From Candidatus Methylomirabilis sp. (lineage in GTDB: Bacteria > Methylomirabilota > Methylomirabilia > Methylomirabilales > Methylomirabilaceae): a stretch of 12,038 nt of DNA. The stretch covers positions 1 to 12,038 of the forward strand of contig JBGQJI010000073.1 in assembly GCA_041498975.1 (NCBI GenBank), in the 5' to 3' direction. Of the stretch, positions 1 through 7,455 are shown piece by piece. Made by a program: the position numbers and the translations under genes. How positions within the stretch are numbered: the first letter of the stretch is position 1; the number at the start of each line of letters is the position of its first letter. The notes beneath the pieces were generated by a model. The model was not told the DNA's origin, searched no databases, and saw only the letters and a program-made list of their open reading frames with translations.

Positions 1-19
1 CGAAGTCTTCTCTTGTCAT
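1..19 (-). CDS. Possible 5' end of a gene running off the left edge (MTREDF...)
   Basis: ATG at 17-19 on the minus strand with a purine-rich upstream stretch (GAAAGAAAG). Same orientation as neighbouring genes. Only 6 codons are visible. Confidence 0.25.
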
Positions 20-83
20 GCTCGCTTTCTTTCGAGATCACTAGCCTACACCGTCAAATTTGGGCGAACTGTGTCGGTTTCAC

Positions 84-620
84 TTACCTGGCCTTAGCTA
101 GACCCTCCGCACGCATAATCTCGGCGACGTTCTGTCCATTGACCTGAACATCCGCAACGGTCCGCCCGTACTTGTCCACACCTCGGGGCGTCATGGTCAC
201 ATTCCCACTATGGAGAAGTTCGTTCAGACGTCTGCGGGCCTGGGCTCCTCCGGGGTCTGACAATTCAGGGGCGTTCATGCCACGGATACGCACCCGTTGG
301 CCGCCATTCGTGAACGTGTCCCCGTCCAGAGTGCGGATGCGCTTGGGGTCCACATTCCTCGGTGGAAGAGCCATAGGCCCCATAGAGTGGGGAGAGGGAG
401 AGCGGAAATGACGTTCCGGCGGCCTCGGAGAATCGCGGCGAGGATAAGGGTGGGGGTGGGTGAAAGGAGGGGGACGAGGATGGAAGCGCCACGGCTTAGG
501 ACCTCTGCCTCGACCCCCACCGTGCCCGCCTCCACCCCGCGCCTCAACCATGTTGGCAAGACTAGTACCCAAGAGCCCGAGGAGGCCAACGAGGAACGCC
601 CGCCGTCCGATGCCCTGCAT
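84..620 (-). CDS. Thermonuclease (staphylococcal nuclease-like, SNase) family protein with a twin-arginine-like signal and Gly/Pro-rich linker
   Basis: SNase motifs LDGDTF, RVRIRGMNAPE, DKYGRTVADV and NVAEIMRAEGLA. ATG at 620, just after the upstream stop (623-625), gives MQGIGRRAFLVGLLGLLG, a signal-like N-terminus. Confidence 0.85.
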   Translation of the reverse strand: MQGIGRRAFLVGLLGLLGTSLANMVEARGGGGHGGGRGRGPKPWRFHPRPPPFTHPHPYPRRDSPRPPERHFRSPSPHSMGPMALPPRNVDPKRIRTLDGDTFTNGGQRVRIRGMNAPELSDPGGAQARRRLNELLHSGNVTMTPRGVDKYGRTVADVQVNGQNVAEIMRAEGLAKAR

Positions 621-622
621 CT

Positions 623-1042
623 CTAGTTTTCCTGTTGAGGCTCGCTGCCGATCAGAATGCCGTCCCGGAAGTATAAGAAGATGCGTGCTTGCCCACAATC
701 CATTACGGGGATCACCTCGCCCGCTATCCGCGTGATCCGGTATCCCAAAGCATCCGTTTCCTGCCCCCGATAATTGCTTGCCACCTCACATTTCGTTTTG
801 CCCCAGGCAAGACGCACTTCATCAACCGTCATGCCGAAGAGTACAACCCCCTCGCGGATCGCTGCCTGAACCTCCTGGGGCCACGTGGTAATACGGCGGC
901 CTTGTTCCACTTCAGGCTTGGAAACGCTGAAGGGCCGAACGGGCGTTGCGTGACCGCTGCCATGAAGCAACCAGGGGACGCTCAGACTCGCCGTGATGAT
1001 GAACAGGAGGGATGTGGCAAACCTGGGTGAGATGGGATACAC
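623..1042 (-). CDS. Hypothetical membrane-anchored/exported protein, weak SmpA/BamE-like motif
   Basis: GTG start with GGAGG upstream, N-terminal hydrophobic segment, and GMTVDEVRLAWGK...LYFRDGILI, which resembles SmpA/OmlA-like domains. Confidence 0.65.
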   Translation of the reverse strand: MYPISPRFATSLLFIITASLSVPWLLHGSGHATPVRPFSVSKPEVEQGRRITTWPQEVQAAIREGVVLFGMTVDEVRLAWGKTKCEVASNYRGQETDALGYRITRIAGEVIPVMDCGQARIFLYFRDGILIGSEPQQEN

Positions 1043-1121
1043 GGCTTTGCACCTCCGGGCGGGATCTCTCGCCTCGCCTGCGCTCTGTCAATCTCATTCT
1101 CGATAGTGGGGCCAGCCGTGC

Positions 1122-1640
1122 CTATCGCTTCGGGTTGGCGGCGAGGTAGGCGTTGATGAATTCGTCCACCATATCCCGCACTGTTTCACGGACCTTGCGG
1201 AGATCGTTGGGTCCGGTAGTGCCAACCATTCCACGAGCCTGCCATGTTGCGGCGATACCTCCTATCTTAAGGTTCCTCTCAAGCCTTACCTCTTGGTTCA
1301 GGTGTAGACTGATGTGGAAGGCGTATAGCACCAGCGGTGGTGCGCTAACGTTCCTAAGGAAGCCAACTTCGAGGTAAAGGTACGGCCAACCCGGCGTACC
1401 TTTCCAATCCATCTCACTAAGAACCGGGATACCAACCTGCCGCAGCTTTAGTTCTACGTCAGTCAGAAGGGCAGATCGTGTAAGACCATCCCTCTCGGCG
1501 TCAGGGTCTATCTTCTCAACTACGACTTTGACTCCAGCTAGGCCAACCAGTGTTTCCCGCTCAGACTGAATATCTTGTGCCAGCGCCGGGGAGACCACCG
1601 CCAGCATGAGGGTCAGAGCAGCTAACCAAGGCGTCTTCAT
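1122..1640 (-). CDS. Hypothetical secreted protein (172 aa)
   Basis: ATG with GAGAGG upstream, a classical signal peptide (MKTPWLAALTLMLAVVSPALA-Q) and a protein-like composition. Confidence 0.8.
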   Translation of the reverse strand: MKTPWLAALTLMLAVVSPALAQDIQSERETLVGLAGVKVVVEKIDPDAERDGLTRSALLTDVELKLRQVGIPVLSEMDWKGTPGWPYLYLEVGFLRNVSAPPLVLYAFHISLHLNQEVRLERNLKIGGIAATWQARGMVGTTGPNDLRKVRETVRDMVDEFINAYLAANPKR

Positions 1641-1789
1641 CTCACGTCCTCTCTCTGTCAGTTTCCCGTTCGATGGCAGGACCGGCTAGACTATGTCTAC
1701 GCACCCGGTCTGTCCTCGCGGAGGGTGGAGCGGGCCTCCCACAGACCCGCCCCATCCCGTCACCAATCCGATCACCTATCCCGACTTGG

Positions 1790-2224
1790 CTACGCGGCCT
1801 TCCTCCGTTTGCTCCTCACCGTCACCGGCTGGCACGTCTGCCCACGCTTCGGTCGGACCTCGCCGATCACTGTCTCTGCTACCCCGCCCCTGAAGCGGTA
1901 CAACACCGGGGGCTTTTCGTCACAAGAAGGGAGGGCTTCAACGATTTGCCCCGTTTCGATCAGGGGGGCCACGGCCACGAACATCTTGTCAACTGACGTG
2001 CAGGGCAAGCTAGCCCCGTTCTCATACCACAGGTTGATCCAGGCGCGGGACTTCTAGGGGTCATAGCCGATTACCGCATCATTGGGGTCTATAAGCCTCA
2101 TGAGGAACATCTGTTCTTCGTGATCCTCCTGTCTGAAGACAGATTGGATTGCCGCCTCCAGGTCACCCGCTGTCACCCCCCTCTTTGCGTGGATCGTGCC
2201 GTTGAGATGCAGATAGGTGTTCAT
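1790..2224 (-). pseudogene. 144-codon hypothetical ORF interrupted by one in-frame TAG (2054-2056)
   Basis: ATG at 2224 with AGGAGA SD. It reads MNTYLHLNGTIHAKRG...GYDP*KSRAWINLWYENGAS and continues in frame into track ORF 1790-2008. Confidence 0.6.
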
Positions 2225-2274
2225 CGCTCTGTTCTCCTATTATCGTCATGTTCCGATTGTTAACAGGTATTGTC

Positions 2275-2505
2275 CTATTGCCGCTCGACTGCCGAAGTCG
2301 GTGCCTCAAGGGGCGGCGCTCGGCTCGTGTGGGAGTCACCAGCCCTATTGACCCAATGTTTAGGGAGAGAAGTATTTGGGCTCACTGCAACCCTCACGCC
2401 AATGGGTCCGTTTCGCTCGATCGTGATGTGGAAGCGATGGCTCAGACTTGGCCCTGTGACGCGCTTAGTGCCCCAGGATTGACGCTCCACCCGCGCACGT
2501 TTCAT
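2275..2505 (-). CDS. Possible small hypothetical protein (76 aa)
   Basis: ATG preceded by GGGAGAG, same orientation as the other island genes. No recognisable motif. Confidence 0.25.
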   Translation of the reverse strand: MKRARVERQSWGTKRVTGPSLSHRFHITIERNGPIGVRVAVSPNTSLPKHWVNRAGDSHTSRAPPLEAPTSAVERQ

Positions 2506-2627
2506 GCTCTCCCTGTGTTGCCCGTCTGGCCCATGTGAGAAGGGGTCCCCTGTTATTTTCCGCGTCGGCCAAAGGATTGACCAGGACAGTCTTTTGGGAG
2601 GCCGCGCCCCGTGGGGGGTCCCCTGCC

Positions 2628-2647
2628 GGTCACACCCTGGGTCACAC
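2628..2647. repeat. 8-bp direct repeat GGTCACAC x2 (12-bp period), resembling an integrase arm-type site
   Basis: GGTCACAC at 2628-2635 and 2640-2647, about 110 bp from the tRNA 3' end. Confidence 0.5.
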
Positions 2648-2758
2648 TTCAGGGTCGATTTTCGTCATAGACGGTCGTTCTACAGCAACAATCGGACCAG
2701 CGAGGAAACCCCGCGAGGGCGCGTTAGTTGCGCGTTCTAGGAGGGCTAGCAGGAATGC

Positions 2759-2853
2759 TGGCGGAGGCGTGTGGGGGTCGAACCCACCAACCCGTTATTA
2801 GCGGGTTCGCTGGTTTTGAAGACCAGGAGGGCCACCGGGCCCATTCCGCCTCC
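2759..2853 (-). tRNA. selC: tRNA-Sec (anticodon UCA), 95 nt with encoded CCA
   Basis: GGAGGCGG AA UGGGCC CGGU GGCCCU C CUGGU CUUCAAA ACCAG C GAACCCG CUAAUAA CGGGUU G GUGGG UUCGACC CCCAC ACGCCUCC G CCA. This gives an 8/5 acceptor/T arrangement, long D stem with 4-nt loop, long variable arm, G discriminator and anticodon at 2817-2819. Confidence 0.97.
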
Positions 2854-2863
2854 GCGCTTCCTG

Positions 2864-2893
2864 AGGATAGCGGAGGGAGCGAGATACTGTCCA
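2864..2893 (-). promoter_or_regulatory. Putative sigma70 promoter of selC
   Basis: TGGACA (2893-2888), 18 nt, TATCCT (2869-2864), located 10 nt before the mature tRNA 5' end. Confidence 0.6.
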
Positions 2894-3174
2894 GCTATTT
2901 CGGCGCGTTCTCCCGATATCTCGGACGACTTGGGCCAAGGGAAAGCACGCCAACGGTGACTTAAGAGGGCGCTCGACTCCTTCCGGTCCGATTAGGCTCG
3001 AAGAGCGAAGCGGCAAACAAGATGGGAGCATGGCCAGTTCCTTCTGGGCTTACGATCTAATCCTATCCATCGCAGGTCTTTTCGACCTTCAACAACGTTT
3101 TCCCCATGCAGGGGGAGTCGCAGTCGGCCCATTACCTTTCAGCAGGAAGGAACCCCGGAACAGAGATAGGAATC

Positions 3175-3343
3175 GTCATTGCGAGGAGCGAGACCCCTCG
3201 CCACGGCTCGGGGCAGGCTGCGCAATCTGACCTGAAAGGTCATTCCGAGAGAAGCGAGGACTCTCAGAGGGATTGCTTCGGCTGCGCCTCGCAACGACAC
3301 TGCGTGTCGGATTGCCGCGCACCCTTTGGGTGCTCGCAATGAC
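3175..3343. repeat. Nested REP-like palindromic element
   Basis: Perfect inverted repeat GTCATTGCGAG (3175-3185) / CTCGCAATGAC (3333-3343) enclosing a degenerate pair GTCATTCCGAG (3239-3249) / CTCGCAACGAC (3288-3298), with GCAATCT and GATTGC sub-motifs. Confidence 0.8.
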
Positions 3344-3619
3344 AGATACTTCAGGCCGTTGGTAAGTCTATCTCTGTTCTTGGGCAGGAAGATCTTGCTT
3401 GTCACCTCGGCTTTCGTTTGATAGCATCGTGGCACGCGCGCTGTCCCGTTTGCTAATTCGCTCACTGGCGAACTAACATCTCGAACTCTTGATCTGGCAC
3501 TCAAGTTAGGTGGGGTCGGTTTCCCTTTCTCCGATGCAAATGGAGGGAGTTACGTCATTGGGGCGCGCATCCTAAGCGCAGAGTAAGCCAACAGTAACAT
3601 CCACCAGGAGGCGACAGCA

Positions 3620-4045
3620 ATGAAGCGAAGAGCATTCCTACTCAGCGTGGCTTTGGTAGTGGCAACCGCGGTGGGGGTGATCGGGACACAGATCCTGAAC
3701 GCCCAGCAGGAGCTGGCAAAGGGCACGATCCTCCAGAGGGCGGAGCTGCCGGGGACCAAAGGGAAGGAAGCGGTCCTGGTTCTCAGGGAGCTGCCCCTTG
3801 GGGCGGAGACCGGCAAGCATTATCAATCTGGCAGCGAGGTGGCTTATGTCCTGGAAGGCTCCATCATCGTGGAGGTGAAGGGGAAACCACCGGTCACTTT
3901 GAAGCCGGGGGATACATTCCAGACGGGACCCAAACAAGAACACAACGTGAAGAACGCCAGTAAGACCGCTCCGGCCAAGGTTTTGGTGTACTATGTCACC
4001 GAGAAGGGCAAACCCCTTGCGGACATCTCCCGCCCGGTGAAGTAA
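3620..4045 (+). CDS. Cupin-domain protein with Tat-like signal peptide
   Basis: AGGAGG SD. N-terminus MKRRAFLLSVALVVA. Cupin motifs GKHYQSGSEVAYVLEG and LKPGDTFQTGPKQEHNVKN. Confidence 0.9.
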   Translation: MKRRAFLLSVALVVATAVGVIGTQILNAQQELAKGTILQRAELPGTKGKEAVLVLRELPLGAETGKHYQSGSEVAYVLEGSIIVEVKGKPPVTLKPGDTFQTGPKQEHNVKNASKTAPAKVLVYYVTEKGKPLADISRPVK

Positions 4046-4240
4046 GGGCAGACCTATCAAGGCCTGATGGTCAAGGAAGGAGAGCGATAAGCGACAAGGA
4101 GGCGTGGGAAATGAGCGTGAATGGGCAGGTGTCTAAGCGGCTAGCATATCGAGAGAAACGGGTTTGGATGGATCGAAGGTCGCCGACACCACCCTGGACC
4201 GAGACGAACATCTTGGATCTTGCCCCCCCGTCCCGGCCAC

Positions 4241-4474
4241 CTAGGCCCTCCGGCGCAGTTTCTGTCGCTGAGCCCGCTGATTGCCGGCGATCCAGCTCTC
4301 GATCGCCTCTTTCTTGAAGCGCCAGACGTTCCCCAACTTCCAGGCAGGGAGCGTCCCGTCGCGCGCCATCCGGTAGACGGTTGACTTGTTGATCCGGAGG
4401 TAGCGGGCCACCTCCTCGAGGGTCATCACCGTGGGCCGCTGCTCCGTCCGCTGGCCGCTCCGCTTTTGCTCCAT
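4241..4474 (-). CDS. Excisionase-family (HTH_17/MerR-like) helix-turn-helix DNA-binding protein
   Basis: VMTLEEVARYLRINKSTVYRMARDGTLPAWKLGNVWRFKKEAIESWI is the typical family pattern. GGAG SD. Confidence 0.9.
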   Translation of the reverse strand: MEQKRSGQRTEQRPTVMTLEEVARYLRINKSTVYRMARDGTLPAWKLGNVWRFKKEAIESWIAGNQRAQRQKLRRRA

Positions 4475-4573
4475 CGGTCCACTCCGCCGGCCGCCCTGCC
4501 TCCGCCGCTCCGGCCGTCTCCCCAGAAAGACGCACCCTACTGAACCGCGCTCCCTGCTCTGCTACACTGACTA

Positions 4574-4603
4574 ACTCTAGGCAGGGCTGGTTAGCGTTGT
4601 CAA
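4574..4603 (-). promoter_or_regulatory. Putative sigma70 promoter for the HTH gene (~95-nt leader)
   Basis: TTGACA (4603-4598), 18 nt, TAGAGT (4579-4574), with an A-rich tract upstream. Confidence 0.6.
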
Positions 4604-4686
4604 GCGATTTTATTTTCCTCAAGGAGTTGCGTCGGAGGCGGATGAGAGGATCAACTCTGGGTCCGAATGATTTTTCAGCGCGCCCG

Positions 4687-5034
4687 CTAACCGAACAGCT
4701 TCGCGTAGGTCACGGCGTCGAAACCGACGGCGAGCGTGCGACCCTTCCGCAGCGTCGGGGCCCGGAGGTTACCTGTCGGCCCGAGCAGGAGCCCCAGAAG
4801 CTCAGCATTGTCCGGTCTCTCTTTCCGCAGGTCCAGATGGATCACTTGCCGCCTTTTGGTGACGTAAATCTCGTCCACTTCCCGGACTAGCGCAAGCGCC
4901 TCTTTCGCTCTGAGGGTCGTCTTCTTCGCATCGACCTGGAGGGCGGTCTCAACGCTGTGTGTCACAAGAAACTCTTGCGTCTTGGCGCAGGTCTTTCACC
5001 CAGGCCGGTGATACCTCCAGTCAACACGTGTCAT
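4687..5034 (-). CDS. ArsC/Spx-like thioredoxin-fold selenoprotein (115 aa, Sec13 in UKTC)
   Basis: GGAGG SD and ATG at 5034 give MTRVDWRYHRPG-TGA(4998-4996)-KTCAKTQEFL, continuing in frame into track ORF 4687-4965 (...GNLRAPTLRKGRTLAVGF). The TGA sits at the first position of a CxxC-type motif. SECIS-like hairpin downstream, and selB and selC nearby. Confidence 0.88.
4963..4979 (-). promoter_or_regulatory. Putative bacterial SECIS apical hairpin
   Basis: CGCAAGA-GUU-UCUUGUG stem-loop. The loop starts with G at nt +24 after the UGA, consistent with the bacterial SECIS model. Confidence 0.6.
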
Positions 5035-5152
5035 GAACGTTGCCTCCCATCATGCGAGGTCAAGAGGGATTGCCGTCACGCCGCGCCAACGGCCGGAAGA
5101 TGGCCTCGTCATCGTCGCCGGTGAGGACCGGGCTTGCCGTGCAGGAGTCCTC

Positions 5153-6256
5153 TTACCAGTGCCGGCTTTCTCCGCGCTTGAGGGCCCAGACATTGCCGAG
5201 ATCGATCTTGCGCCTGCGCGCGGCCTTTCGCATCTGCCCTGGGGGCTCATCCAGCGGCTCTTCCGCCAGCTCGAAGGTGCCCCAGTGAATGCCCAGCAGC
5301 GTTTTGCCGCGCAGGTCCATAAACGCCTGCACAGCCTCTTCCGGCGTGGTGTGTACGCCTTTCATAAGATACGCGGGCTTGTACGCGCCAATGGGCACGG
5401 CGGCCAGATCGAACGGGCCGAGCGCCTCCCCGATCTGCTTGAAGCCATCGAAGTAGCCGCTATCCCCACCCGCATACAGGCGTTTCGAGCGGCCTGCGAC
5501 CACCCACGATGCCCACAGCCGCCTGTTCGTGTCTGAAAGGTTCCGGCCGCTGAAGTGCTGGGCCGGGACGCAGACCAGGCGCAGGCCGCGATGCTCATAC
5601 GTCTGCCACCAGTCCAGCTCCTGGACGCGGGTCATCCCGTTCTCCGCAAACCATGCCTTGAGCCCCAAGGGGACCACGAAGAGCGGATCGTATGTCTGCG
5701 CCAACCGCTTGACCGTGCCCAGGTCCAGGTGATCGTAGTGGTCGTGAGAGATCAGGACCAGGTGAATGGAAGGCAGGTCTTCGAATCGCATCCCAGGAGC
5801 GTTGAGCCGCCGCGCCCCCAGCCAGGAGACGGGGCCGGCCCGATCCCCCCAGTGCGGGTCGGTCAACAGGTTGATGCCGTCAAGCTGAACCAGCAGCGTG
5901 GAGTGGCCGACCCACGTCACCGTGGCGTCGTTGGTGTTCTCGCGGAGCTCCCGGCCACCATTAGCCTCTCGAGGCAGATCGAAGCTTCGTGGCGCAAGAA
6001 GGTTGACCCACAGTCGGCCCGCGACATACTTGGCGCGCACCAACCCGGCGGGGCGCGTGAAGGCCGGGTCAGGGTTGCGGAAGCCACCCTCCACATGATG
6101 GGCGGGCCGCCCGAGCAGCGGCTCCTTCCCGATCGGGGCGCAGGCGAGGAAAAGGAAGGGCAGAGCAAACGCAAGAGATCGTTGCCGAAATTTCCGAGAT
6201 GAGTTCAGCGTTCCCTGTCCTCCTTGATGCTCGGCCGGGGCGCAGTACATGGTCAT
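5153..6256 (-). CDS. MBL-fold metallo-hydrolase (NAPE-PLD/RomA-like), probable lipoprotein; start uncertain
   Basis: Motifs TWVGHST, LLTDP, ISHDHYDHLD, PAQHFSGR, GGDSGY, PIGAY and IHWGTF. Lipobox-like FLAC. Start is ATG 6256/6250 or CTG 6208 behind AAGGAGG. Confidence 0.9.
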   Translation of the reverse strand: MTMYCAPAEHQGGQGTLNSSRKFRQRSLAFALPFLFLACAPIGKEPLLGRPAHHVEGGFRNPDPAFTRPAGLVRAKYVAGRLWVNLLAPRSFDLPREANGGRELRENTNDATVTWVGHSTLLVQLDGINLLTDPHWGDRAGPVSWLGARRLNAPGMRFEDLPSIHLVLISHDHYDHLDLGTVKRLAQTYDPLFVVPLGLKAWFAENGMTRVQELDWWQTYEHRGLRLVCVPAQHFSGRNLSDTNRRLWASWVVAGRSKRLYAGGDSGYFDGFKQIGEALGPFDLAAVPIGAYKPAYLMKGVHTTPEEAVQAFMDLRGKTLLGIHWGTFELAEEPLDEPPGQMRKAARRRKIDLGNVWALKRGESRHW

Positions 6257-6326
6257 TCTGATCGATCGCCTTGACTGTGGGATCTCAGGTTGTCGCCGGC
6301 GCTGCTGCTGATGATGCGCCCACAAG

Positions 6327-7223
6327 TTACCGGCCCAGCAGGTGTCTGAGCGCGCCTTCCAGCTCGGGATGCCGGAAACGGTAGCCCGATCCCTGAAGCC
6401 GGCTCGGGACCACCCTGGCGCTTGCGAGGAGCAGCGCGTCGGCCATTTCGCCGAATGCGAGCCTGGCCGCGAACGCGGGCATCGGCACCAATGCCGGCCG
6501 CCGGAGCACCCGCGCCAAGGTGCGCGTGAATTCGGAATTGGTCACCGGGGCAGGGGCCACGACGTTGACCGCGCCCACAAGGGAATCGGTGGTAAGGGCG
6601 TGGTACGTTGCCCCGACGGCATCGTCGAGGCTGATCCAGCTCATGAATTGCCTGCCGGTCCCGATCTTGCCGCCCAAGCCAAGACTGAAGGGGAGAAGCA
6701 TCTTCTTGAGAGCCCCGCCCGCCGGGCTGAGGATGATGCCGATTCGTGATTGCACCACCCGCACCCCGGCTCGTGAGGCCGGCTCGGTCGCCGCTTCCCA
6801 GTCGCGGCAGACCTGGGCGAGGAAGTCACTTCCTGGCTGGCTCTCCTCACGCAGGACCTCGTCGCCGCGGTCCCCGTAGTATCCGATGGCCGAGGCGCTC
6901 GCCAGCACCTTGGGAGGACGGCCGAGTCGCGTGAACGACTCGCACAGCCGCCTCGTCCCCTCGACCCTGCTGCGGCGGATCTCGGCCTTCCGCTGGGGCG
7001 TCCACCTGCCGGAAGCGATATTCTCCCCGGCTAGATGGACCACGGCATCCACCCCCTCTAGCCCGGAGAGCTCCCGGACCCCTGCCTCCGGCTCCCACTG
7101 GATCTCTCTCTCGCCGCCGGGGGGCCTGCGCACGAGCCGGGTCACTTGATGTCCCTCCGTGGCGAGGAACGCGAACAACGCCGAACCAATCAAGCCGCTC
7201 GAGCCAGTCACGGCGACATGCAT
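6327..7223 (-). CDS. TIGR01777-type (YfcH-like) NAD-dependent epimerase/oxidoreductase, 298 aa
   Basis: AGGAGA SD and ATG at 7223. Motifs VAVTGSSGLIG, VVHLAGENIA..RWT, SASAIGYYG, FLAQVCRDWE and GRQFMSWI. Confidence 0.93.
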   Translation of the reverse strand: MHVAVTGSSGLIGSALFAFLATEGHQVTRLVRRPPGGEREIQWEPEAGVRELSGLEGVDAVVHLAGENIASGRWTPQRKAEIRRSRVEGTRRLCESFTRLGRPPKVLASASAIGYYGDRGDEVLREESQPGSDFLAQVCRDWEAATEPASRAGVRVVQSRIGIILSPAGGALKKMLLPFSLGLGGKIGTGRQFMSWISLDDAVGATYHALTTDSLVGAVNVVAPAPVTNSEFTRTLARVLRRPALVPMPAFAARLAFGEMADALLLASARVVPSRLQGSGYRFRHPELEGALRHLLGR

Positions 7224-7259
7224 GCGTGTCTCCTGCCGAGTACCCACGTAACGATTCCC

Positions 7260-7449
7260 ACTTGTGCAGCGATCCCTTTAGCCACGCCGTCATTCGGGGG
7301 GAAGCCGGGTCGCTCGGGGTTCCCCCAGCGGTTGAGCCTCACCACGCTGCGGACAACCTGGCTGGTCCCCGCAGGAACTATTTCGGGGCCGCCTTGATAG
7401 TTCGGGTGAAGGGAGGGCCGTGTTGGTCTTATCGCCCCCCCCTCCGCGT
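7260..7449 (-). ncRNA. Candidate structured RNA (standalone ncRNA or leader), family not identified
   Basis: Several adjacent hairpins plus long-range pairings fill a ~280-nt intergenic gap, downstream of a selC-like promoter. Ends are approximate. Confidence 0.45.
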
Positions 7450-7455
7450 CCTCTA

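Larger units (their letters stand above)
1..2758. mobile_element. Probable genomic island or integrative-element end inserted at the selC 3' end
   Basis: Begins right after the tRNA CCA end with no evident terminator. Contains hypothetical genes, a pseudogene, visibly more AT-rich sequence than the core genes, and tandem arm-like repeats at 2628-2647. No integrase in the window. Confidence 0.5.

Noticed and set aside
2728..3230. Short ORFs overlapping or flanking the tRNA
   Set aside because: They overlap selC, its promoter or the repeat, and show no coding features.
3139..3504. 121-aa minus-strand ORF ending SC-TGA with the frame open beyond, a possible second selenoprotein
   Set aside because: It runs through the palindromic repeat, has no SD or recognisable domain, and no SECIS is evident.
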